In this document: in pieces, positions 1 to 9,344 of the stretch
Position numbering within the stretch: position 1 is the first letter of the stretch
How the letters are laid out: every line of letters begins with the position of its first letter
Translations under genes and position numbers: made by a program
Origin: Azolla caroliniana
Lineage: Eukaryota > Plantae > Polypodiophyta
Reading direction: 5' to 3'
Assembly (NCBI GenBank): GCA_043228905.1
Contig: JBHGNT010000003.1
Span: 1,488,001-1,552,000, forward strand
Length of the DNA stretch: 64,000 bases
The notes under the pieces: model-generated
Told to the model about the DNA's origin: nothing
The model's input: the letters and a program-made list of their open reading frames with translations, nothing else
Databases searched by the model: none

Positions 1-792
1 CGCACTTGACGGTTCGAGAATGCCCATATCTACTTTCTGCTTCAATAGCTTCATCAACTTCGGGATGTGAGCTCTCGGTACCGGAATCGGCTTGAGATTC
101 CATGACACATGCGGTACTGTGAATATCACCATCGGCTCCACGATCGTCGGGTCTACGCACCCGATCTCTTCCTGTGAGAATGCGAAGGCTTTCCCGTGCC
201 TTCCGAGCATTCTACGAAACCGATCTTCCTCCATCGGTAGTAGGAACCCGCCCCCACCGATCTTGAGCTCTCGGAGCGTCCCGTCGGTGAAGGTGTGTCC
301 TATGTAGGCCGGATCTCGTAAACTGGGGTCCGACGCAACCCCTCTGATTCGGGACTCGCTGCCCTTCGGTAAGGGTGCCGCGACGGGCCTTACCTTCCGG
401 TCCACAGTCTTGTACTTCGTGCTAACTCGGGCCGTCCGATCCGACCCGAGCCCCCGACTGAAGTTCGCGATGACTTCGTACATCTCTTCGGAACATACCG
501 GTATCGTCCGGTCCTCGTTAAGGTCTTCTCCGGCAACCTTCCTCAGCATCCCCAAGGTGTCGTCGAAGGAGACCGCCTCCACGGCCCCGCTGATTTCCTC
601 GTCCGGGCCGAGAACTCCGCACGCTCGAAGTCGCACTTCCGCCCTTGTCTTTTCTCGGCCAACGATGCCGACTATCATACACCCTCCGTTGTCGGAGAAG
701 CAAAATCTCCTACCTATCGTACAGTCGTGGGGTCTTTCCCAAGTGTCCGGACTGTCTCGGCCCCACGCCTTGGCAGCCCTCTCTAAAAATCC
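1..792 (-). CDS. Gypsy pol ORF, N-terminal part, in the -1 frame relative to gag-protease
   Basis: Hand translation shows no stop from 792 to 1 (GFLERAAK...TKYKTVDRKVRPV...KVDMGILEPSSA). It is missing from the ORF track because it runs off the window. Confidence 0.85.
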
Positions 793-2910
793 TCCCGGTT
801 CTCGCCACCGAGGGATTCGCGGTTTCGCTCGTGGTTCGGTCGCACCGTCAGAAATTGGACCGAATGGCGCCCGTCCTGGCTTTTGACCCTCGCGTAGGCC
901 GAACCGTTGTCTAGCACCTTGGTCTCCATTCTCGCCGTCGTGATGTATGGTTCCCCTAATATGACCGGATGCGAGGACGTCTCCTGTACAAAGAAGTGCT
1001 GGTCAATCTCGACGTCGCCGATCTTTACTCGCACATTCGGGCAGGCCCCGTGCAGTTCCTCGGTGGCGCGCGTCGCTGCCCGTATCTTCCACCCGTGCCT
1101 GGTGTTGATCGGCCACTTTCCCTTCTTATAGAAGTCCATGGACATTAGGTTAATTTCTGAACCGTGGTCCACCAATGCCACCACCGGTTCCTGAACATCT
1201 CCGATCTTTACCGGGGTCTCCGTGGTCGCTCGGGCCCAGTGTGGCCTCGAATAGTGGCTCTCCACCCACTCGTCTTCCATCACCATGTCGTCGATGTGCG
1301 TCGTCCGCACCTCCACCGGTCTTTCCAGTTCCGTCTCCGTCGACAGCCTCTTCCGTTTCACTAGGTCCACAATGGAGTCGTGGAACTCCTTCTTGGCGAT
1401 CCCTTGCACCTCCCGCAATGACAGCTCCACTTTGCTGTCAAGGATCCGTTCTTCTAGGACCTTTCGTAGGTCCATAGTCCTTTCTATTTCCGTCCCCAGT
1501 CGGTATCCGCCCTTCCTGGGGTTATCTTGCGAGCCGGACCCACCGGCATCGTTCCGTCGTTGCCCGAATCGGGTCTCGTACCGTTATGAGGGCCCGGCCG
1601 CTCCGGCTTTCCCCACTCGCTTGTCTTCTACTAGAGCCTCGTAGTTCCGGCAGGCCGCTTCTACGAAGCCCGTCTTCTCCTCCACCGGATCGCTCCACCC
1701 GGTTATTTCCCAGACCCGTCTCTCAGCGCGGTCCATTTCGTCTTTCCTTAGCCGTGCGCCGGCAAGACCTTCCAGCATTGCCGACCAGAATCCGTCTTTG
1801 CCCTCCTTTCGGGCCTCGCTGCCCCCGACCCGAATGCCGTCCGACGCCGAGTAGTGGATGGCCTCCACGTGTTGGGCCGCTGCCTCTTCCATCAGTCTCT
1901 TCATACCTCCTCGTCCGTCGCTTCGGTTTAGGGCCCTTCTGGTGTCGCCGGCGTGCACCCGGCCTTCCCACAGGTACACCACCCGATTCCTCAACGCTTC
2001 TGCGAAATCGCCGCAGTCCTTCCGGATGTGGCGACCTCGTCGCACCACATGCACCTGTTCCCTGCTGCCGGCCGTCGGTCACGAGCCGGTTCGCCGCCTT
2101 CCCTTCGAGTCTGGGCGATCTGGAGATCCTTTATCGCCCGCGTCAACTCCTCCAGCGCTGCTCCTCCGGACAAGCCACTGACCATGCCGGTCGCAGCTGG
2201 ACCGGTTTCGAGCCATTCCCGGGTTTCTTCCCTTCGCCCTTGCAGTGCCGGTTCAAGCCTCCTTGCTGTGACAGACCCCGCACCGGCCGCCCCGTTATCA
2301 GCCCATTCTCGCCGTTTGTCGAAACGGCCACAGACCCTCTTAACCGCAGCCCAGTCGGTCGTCAGCCCGTCTTCGGTTTCCAACAAGGAGCCGACTTGAT
2401 CCCGGTCCCGCTCGTCCACCGACTTAACGAACAGTAGGACCCGGCTCATATCCAGAACGGTTCGGTCAAGCGCCGAAAGGCGCGCAAAGCGTTCTTCGAA
2501 CTCCCGGAGCAGTGTCGACGCGTTTCTTCCCTTGCCGGGGGACTCCAACCATTCCATGAAGTCTCGTTTCGAAAGTCGGAGCGCGTCGTCCAGCCCGTAT
2601 TTTTCCAGGAGTCGGCCTTCAAACTCCTCCCAGGTACGGCTCTCCGCCCGCACCTTGAGCACCTCCGCATGGATGCTCGGCATCGCCACTCGAGGAAACC
2701 CGGAAAGACGCCTCTCTTCCGGAATGTCCCGCATCAGCATTTCTGCCCCGTAGGATGCCAAATACTTCGTGGCATCCTTTCCGCTGAACCGGCCGATCGT
2801 ATCGATGACCGCTTCAATGGCTCTGTCGAGGGCGCCGGAGCCCTCGCGTGCGCTCAATATCCGATCCAAGGCCGAAGCCATGGCCTCTGCAAGATCCGAC
2901 CCTTTCATCT
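783..2910 (-). pseudogene. Gypsy gag-protease ORF with one frameshift (about 2031) and one premature stop (1584-1586)
   Basis: ORF pieces 1991-3367, 1584-2054 and 783-1475. Restoring one G in GTC G(G)C CAC gives C-x2-C-x4-H-x4-C; the TAA at 1584 is in frame with the protease ORF. The start position is approximate. Confidence 0.8.
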
Positions 2911-2930
2911 TCTGCTCTTCTGCCGCCTCC

Positions 2931-2948
2931 TTCACGTCGGGTTCACCA
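2931..2948 (-). other. Primer binding site complementary to the tRNA-Trp 3' end
   Basis: Plus strand reads TTCACGTCGGGTTCACCA, matching my recollection of the last 18 nt (with CCA) of plant cytosolic tRNA-Trp; adjacent to the LTR end. Confidence 0.8.
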
Positions 2949-2952
2949 ATAA

Positions 2953-3634
2953 TGTCGAGGTATTCCTCGCGGATGCGTGGAATGAGGCGGGACCTTGGGG
3001 GTCCTGTACCGAAGAGCAAGAGAGAAAGGAGAAGAGACCCACTACGTGCGAGAGTAGATTCACAGGGACACGGCCCTTCGACACAAAGACGCGAGTGGGA
3101 CAGCGACACAGAGAGACACGAATGTATGTATGTATTAATAAAGACAGACAACAAAACACGAGGTCGGTTACAACCGAACAGGCCGGCGAACAGATGCCGA
3201 TACCTGTTCGTAAACGCACAGAAAGGAAGGAGTAGGTTGGAGGTGCTGCCGGAAGCACTCGGGCATTCCTCAGAGCAGCGCGAGCCTCCCGAAACCTGCA
3301 CAGAAGGAAGTTGTGGAGTTTGCGAACCAGAGAGAGAGAGAAGCCTTCGCACGCAAACCGACAGCACTTCGTCCTCGACTCTCCGCGATCCCCCATTCCC
3401 CTCCTCGTCTCCCTCCTTTTATAGGCAAGGAAGGAGTCGTTTCCTATTAACTTCCTACCTACCGAATCTACCTACCTAGGATCTCCCATGTCCCTAATTC
3501 TCTCCTATGTACAACACAAGGCGTACGTGCATGAAGGGCCGGTTCCTACGCTCCGGTGCACCGATTCCGCTTGTGGACGGTTTTCTTCACGACAACGGTA
3601 AAGTAAAGACGGATTCCCTTTGACCGGTACTACA
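2953..3634 (-). repeat. 5' LTR of the Gypsy element (about 682 bp)
   Basis: Starts TG at 3634 exactly where the Copia integrase frame is cut; ends CA at 2953, 4 nt before the PBS; TATAAA on the minus strand at 3418-3423. The second LTR is outside the window. Confidence 0.75.
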
Positions 3635-5365
3635 CCTCGAATTGTCCCCGGTATTCCCCTCCATTGTCCGCTCGAACTGCCTTCAGTTTCTAACCACTTT
3701 CTCTATCCACTCTCGCGTGGTGCTCCTTGAAGACGGATAGCACCTGATCCTTCGTCTTCAACGGTGAGAACCACAACTTCCGGTTGTGGTCGTCTATGAA
3801 CGTCACGAAGTACTGCGATCCAACATGTGACTTCGTGTCCACTTGACACACATCAATATGCACCAACTCCAGTGGTGTATTCCGTCTCATCAGTGGTCTT
3901 GACCGGAAGGAGGTTCGGTTTTGCTTGCCGGAAAGACGATCGGTGCACTTCTTAAGTTGCACGTCCTTCACCAGAATGAGATTGTCTTCAGCAAGTCTTT
4001 TCATCCCCTTCTAGCTCATGTGACACAATCTCTTGTGTCATAGCTCACAAGCAGTGTCAGATGCAACATTCACTTCTTCCCGGCATATCCGGGCATGCCT
4101 CAACTATAGTGTGTTGACCTTCCGGGCTCGAGCTACTATTAGGCTCCCTTTGCTGAACTTCATAACTCCGTTCCAGATCCTACCCGTGTAGCCTTCATCA
4201 TCTAGCCGACTGGCTGATATCAGGTTCAGTCGAACCTCCGGAACGTGTTGGACATCCTTCAGTAGCAACTTGCATCCGGTTGATGTCGTCAACAACACAT
4301 CTCCTATGCCGATAATTCGGCATGTACCTTCATTCCCCATACGGACACAACCATTATCACTGACTATGTAGGATGAGAAGCATTTCCGATCCTATGTCAG
4401 GTGGAACGACGCTCCGGAATCGACAACCCAAGTTGTCTCGTCACTAACAAGGTTTAACTCATTCTCCTTGGTAATGAGCATTAGTTCCTCTTCACTTATT
4501 GCGATTGTCGACGTTCCTTTCCGATCCAGTCCTCTCTGGTCCGAACGGTTTTGATCCGAACTCTTCTTCGAATCGGTACTATCGGTTCCTTTCTCTTTCT
4601 GAAAATGCCGACAGTTATTCTAGAAGTGCCCCGGCTTCCCACAATAGAAGCAAGTAGGCCTCCCCCTTGACTTCGACCTCGTCCCCAATTTGTCCCGGTT
4701 TTGGGGACTCCGATACTGGCCTCTTCCCCGGTTGTGGTCATCTTCCGTGACCAAGGCCTTCGGATCGGTTCTGGACTCTCGGTCCTTCCGATGAGCTTCT
4801 TCATCTAGCAAGCTTGATTTTACCCTTGCTAGGGACAACTGCTTTCCTTCTGGCCCGGCGTTGCCCAACGTGACAACTAACGTCTCCCAGCTATCCGGGA
4901 GGGAACTAAGCAGGATCACTGCGAGTACCTCATCGGCGAGAGGTACTTCCAACGAGGTTGCCTTGTGTATTAGCCCCTGGAAGGCATTCGTGTGCTCCGC
5001 CATACTAGAGCCGTCTTGGTACTGGAGCCTCACTAGCTTCCAGAATACCGAAACCCGATTAACAACATTCTTGTTCTAGAACATGATGTCGATCTTCTCC
5101 CAGGGTTCATGATCCTTGCTCTGTTCATTGAAGTTGTTGTACAAGCTAATGTCGATGAAACACCGGATGTATGTCGTCGTCTTCATGTGCATCACCTCCC
5201 ACACTATGGCGTCTATCTTATCCGGTCTCTTGTCCCCGAACTGAACCGGCAACCAAAGATCTTTAACCACCAGCATATCCCTCATCTTCGACTTCCACAC
5301 TAAGTAGTTAGAGTCGGTTAGCTTGAACATGATGCCGAACGATTCTTCCATTTCCTGTGTTGTTC

Positions 5366-5377
5366 GCTCTGATACCA
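5366..5377 (-). other. Primer binding site, initiator tRNA-Met
   Basis: TGGTATCAGAGC on the minus strand, the canonical plant Met-i PBS. Confidence 0.92.
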
Positions 5378-5380
5378 ATT

Positions 5381-5864
5381 TGTAAGAAAAATAGCACCCA
5401 GCCACAATTGAGACTTAAACAGCGAATGGAAGAAAAACAAACAGACTCACACGGAGATAACACATGATGTTTACGTGGAAAACCCTAATAGGGAAAAACC
5501 ACAGGTGCCCTCAAACTCCAACTATCACTATATGAGAGGAAATACAAAGTGGAGACACAGAGGCAACGACCTCATGCTCGCGATCTTCGTCAGACGACAA
5601 TTACAACAGAAAGTGCACATACCACAATATAACAACTACACCACCTATAAAGTGATTGCCCTAAGTCATATTTATACATATATGAACTTAGGGCTATTTA
5701 CAAATATAGCCTCAATAGGCTTACTCAAAAAACATATTTACAAATATGTCTTCTCTTCCTGTTCTCATTGGGTGCATCCGATCTAGTTTCTGGATCTCTT
5801 CCGGTTCTCACCAGATCTCTTCATTTATAACCGGATTCCATCCGGAGGGACCAATTTCCCAACA
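5381..5864 (-). repeat. 5' LTR of the Copia element (about 484 bp)
   Basis: TGTTGGG...CTTACA termini on the minus strand; 3 nt from the PBS; LINE sequence begins right after 5864. Confidence 0.8.
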
Positions 5865-6620
5865 GAATGTGAGGGGATTGTGTTCTAGATTTATAATGCA
5901 TGAGGTTTTGAGGATTGTATTAAGTGAGCAGTGGGATGTTTTATGTGTAGTAGAGCATAAAGATCATCGTAATGCTAGATTAATTAGTTATTCTAAGGGT
6001 TATACACTATGTTATGCTAACAATGTTCATGGGATTATTCTGGGATTGTCATGTTTATAAGAGATAAATTTTATCCAAAATGAATTGTTTCAGATGAATT
6101 TGGAAGATTTATTGTGGTTAAGATATGTTATGAAGGGCAAGTTCTTTGCTTAATTGGTGTATGCATCGAATGTTTCACAAGAACAAAAGTTGTTATGGAG
6201 ATCTCTAAACTTGATGCTTGATAATGGTCGACCAGGTTTCTTGATGGGAGATTTTAATGTTTGTTATGATACAGATCAATCAACATCTATCCGCTCTATT
6301 ATGGATGGACCAGAGGCTCAAGAATGGGAAGACTTTGAGACTAAGTCATGTTACGAGATGTATTGAAATGACTAAAGTGAGATGAACCTGATTATACCTC
6401 TCAATCGGCTCAATAAAAGGATATTTGGAGTAGGTTGGATCGAATGTATGTAATGCCTACCAAAGGGTCAATTATATTAGATCATTTCCCATTAATTTTT
6501 GGATTCACTCACCACTCAATTAAAGTTTTTCACGAGTTTTTAAGAAAACCACCGTGGATTTTCGATTCCTCATTTTGGGGTCATCATATTCGCCATTTGA
6601 ATTGGTGTGTAGGGTGGTAT
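5865..6620 (+). mobile_element. Degenerate LINE apurinic endonuclease domain
   Basis: Ordered EN motifs across frames: NVRGL, DVLCVVE, VYASN, LLW, MGDFN, RLDRMYV, LDHFPL; broken by stops and frameshifts. Confidence 0.8.
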
Positions 6621-6627
6621 TGAGTTT

Positions 6628-6666
<39 letters not shown>
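6628..6666 (+). repeat. (GTA)13 microsatellite
   Basis: Read directly. Confidence 0.95.
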
Positions 6667-6762
6667 TATAGCTCCATATGTCCATACGAGGGTTCTATAC
6701 TTTGTAGTAAGTTAATCATGGTGGTGTACTTTTTCTTTTGTAACAAAAGCCATTATTTACAC

Positions 6763-6764
<2 letters not shown>

Positions 6765-6795
<31 letters not shown>
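6765..6795 (+). repeat. (AG)n microsatellite
   Basis: Read directly. Confidence 0.9.
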
Positions 6796-6798
<3 letters not shown>

Positions 6799-6897
6799 GG
6801 TTCTGAAGCTTTTTTTAGGAATCTTTCTCCATAAAGACAATTGGCATGTTTTCACACCTTGCATGTAAAGCTTTTTGATGAATCTTCTCTAGATGAT

Positions 6898-7336
6898 TAG
6901 CAATGGGCACGGTTTCGGCTCAAACCGAACCGAACCGTTAACCCATGGCATAACGGTTTATTGATTCAAAGATAAATAAACCGTTTAGTTTGGTTTCAAA
7001 TATTATGATACGGTTTGGTTTCGGTTCAGTTTGGTTTTGAATTTCATGGTTTAGCGGTTTAGGTTCGGTTTGGTTTTGAATTTCATGGTTTAGCGGTTTT
7101 GGCTTATGTGGTTTGGTTTAAAGGTTTAAAAGTTTTGAAGGTTTATCGGTTTATCGGTTTGGTTTGGTTTTTTTATTTATGATAAACTGATTTGGTTTCA
7201 TTCTAAATTTTTACGGTTCAGTTTAATTGGCATCATAAAATTTAAACAGTTTGGTTTGGTTTTTAATATAAATAAATGGTTTGGTTTGGTTTGGTTTGAA
7301 GGCCAAGAAACCGAAACCGAACCGCGCCCATTGCTA
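6898..7336. mobile_element. Non-autonomous hAT-like element/MITE with many CGGTT/AACCG subterminal motifs
   Basis: Terminal inverted repeats TAGCAATGGGCACGGTT / AACCGCGCCCATTGCTA; TAGATGAT on the left recurs at 7341-7348; absent at the matching position before CYP copy 2. Confidence 0.8.
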
Positions 7337-7512
7337 TACATAGATGATAACGACGATGAGGATGAGGATGTTCATGATAATAAATGATGAATGATGGATG
7401 ATGATCATGATCATGGTGGTGGTGGTGGATGGTGATGGTGATGGTGATGGTTATTATGATGACAAGTGGAGAAAGAAAAGAAAAGAAGAATTGACCTTGG
7501 TGAATCTTGGCT

Positions 7513-9344
7513 ATGGAATTCTTCACCTCCATGACCATCACTGTAGAGCTCATCCTTGGGCTTGCTCTGCCTCTACTACTCTTCATAGCAGCTGTACATC
7601 ATCTATGGAGACCTTCAAACAAGAAGAAGGATGTGAACCAGCAAGAAAAGAAGCTGCTGCTGCCTTTACCTCCAGGTCGTTTCTTCCTTCCATTCTTCGG
7701 CGAAACCCTAGAGTTAAGCAGAACACACAAGGAAGGAATTCCATGGAAATTCATCGAGGACCGCATCTCGGCCTACGGAGAGACATTCAAGACAAACATA
7801 CTGACTTGCCCTACAGTAGTCCTGGCTAGCCCCTCAGGTAACAAGGCAGCCTTCTCTAACAGCCACACCTCATGGCCATATACCGTGGCCACACTTATCG
7901 GCCCCAAATCTCTTGTTGCGGTTGCAGGGCCTCCGGCCACTCGCATACGGAATGCCCTCATGATGTTCCTGCGGCCCGAATCCCTGCAAAGATACATGAG
8001 CCATGTCGATCTCATCTTCCTCGGGTTCATTAGGGAGCATCTTGAAGGCAAATCTGAGGTCCTTCTCTTCCCCCTGATGAAGAAGGTCATATTCTCGATC
8101 GCCTGCGAGGTTTTCATTGGCCTACAGGATGGGAAAGATCAAGAATTGCTGCTTCTTGACTTCATGATCATGGTGAAAGGCATGGTTGAGCTTCCGATCA
8201 ACATTCCCGGAACGGGCTATAATAAAGCCCTCGCAGCCGCGGATGCGATAAGAAAGCGTTTGCAGGTATGGATCGACAAGAGAAGGAGAGATATGGCCGC
8301 TGGCTATGTCACTGACCATCAGGACATCTTCTCCGGCTTTCTCGCGTATACAGATGAGCATGGAGAACCATTTTCTGATGAGGAGATCAAGGACAACATC
8401 CTCCTGTTGCTCTTTGCAGGCCATGATACCAGTGCTATTGTCGTCACCATGACCTGCAAATATCTTGCGTCTAATCCCGACATAATGTATCAGGTTTACC
8501 GAGGTTTGTATCCCGGCTTTATCTCATCATTGGATGAAAATATCTTTGCATCTAATCCTGATATAATGGATGAGGTTTACATGTAGATGCCTCTTTGATG
8601 ATGATGTAAAATCATGTTAATTATATATATGTATGTGCTTTGAAGACCTTTTTTTATTATCATCCCTTGTTTTTGGTGTGCTCAGAAAACAAGGAGATTG
8701 TGGCAAGCAAGGCTCCCCATGAGCTTTTGATTTGGGGAGATATACAGAAGATGAAGCTTTCATGGAGAGTCGCTCAAGAATCGATGAGGCTAACACCACC
8801 ATCGCCGGCATCATTCAGAGTCGCAACTCACGATATGAGCTTCGATGGGTTTAGGATCCCGAAATCCTGGAAGGTATGTCTCTCTGCTGTCCCCAAATCA
8901 AATCCAAATAGATCTCACACAAAATCATGGATTGGTGAAACAAAACTCTGTATGTACTTCCCCCCAAAATCATAATTGTTAGAGCTCTTATTTCTCTGAG
9001 ATCCACACAAAAAACATTTGATCCATGCATTTTTCTGCACACAGATAATGTGGTCTCCCTACTCGACTCATAGAAACCCTAAGTATTTTCCCGATCCCCA
9101 CAAGTTTGATCCATCGCGCTTCGAAGGAGCAGGCCCGGCTCCTTTCACATTCGTCCCGTTCGGCGGGGGCCCGAGGATGTGTCCGGGCAACGAGTTCGCA
9201 CGCATGGAGATTCTGATGATCCTCCATCGCTTGGTCACTCGATTCTCATGGACCCTCAAGGACCCTAACGAAGCCATTGTGGTGGACCCCATGCCATTAC
9301 CTGTGAAGGGGCTTCCGATCCTCCTTGAGCCTCGCATCCCATGA
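7513..9344 (+). CDS. Cytochrome P450, CYP85 clan, CYP716-like; exons 7513-8503, 8686-8873, 9045-9344 (492 aa)
   Basis: N-terminal membrane anchor, LPPG hinge, I-helix AGHDTS, ESMR, DPSRF, heme [11 protein letters not shown]-terminal [11 protein letters not shown]; GT-AG introns keep the frame (1479 nt). Confidence 0.93.

Larger units (their letters stand above)
1..3634 (-). mobile_element. Ty3/Gypsy LTR retrotransposon, 5' portion (LTR, PBS, gag, protease, start of pol); runs off the left edge
   Basis: Minus strand: LTR TGTAG..CGACA, PBS, gag with a broken CCHC knuckle (RCMWCDEV/HIRKDC), aspartic protease ALVDHGSEIN, then pol (TKYKTVDRKVRPVAAPLP...VPHVSWNLKPIPVP...GILEPSSA) open to base 1. 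Much higher GC than the flanks. Confidence 0.92.
3635..5864 (-). mobile_element. Ty1/Copia LTR retrotransposon, 5' part (LTR, PBS-Met, gag, protease, integrase start), degenerate
   Basis: Gag MEESFGIMFKLTDSNY from 5351, CFYCGKPGH knuckle, WVVDSGASFH protease, HKRLCHMS, integrase LELVHIDVC...YFVTFIDD...RADNGGEY; several in-frame stops. Confidence 0.93.

Noticed and set aside
2931-2948. tRNA-Trp gene
   Set aside because: Only the 3' 18 nt including CCA are present, so it is a PBS.
2953-3367. N-terminal 150 aa of ORF 1991-3367
   Set aside because: Lies in the LTR upstream of the PBS and begins at a non-ATG codon; gag more likely starts near 2910.
92-3479. Long plus-strand ORFs (410-886, 1586-2437, 2769-3479)
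   Set aside because: Antisense shadows of the GC-rich Gypsy coding strand; no independent motifs.
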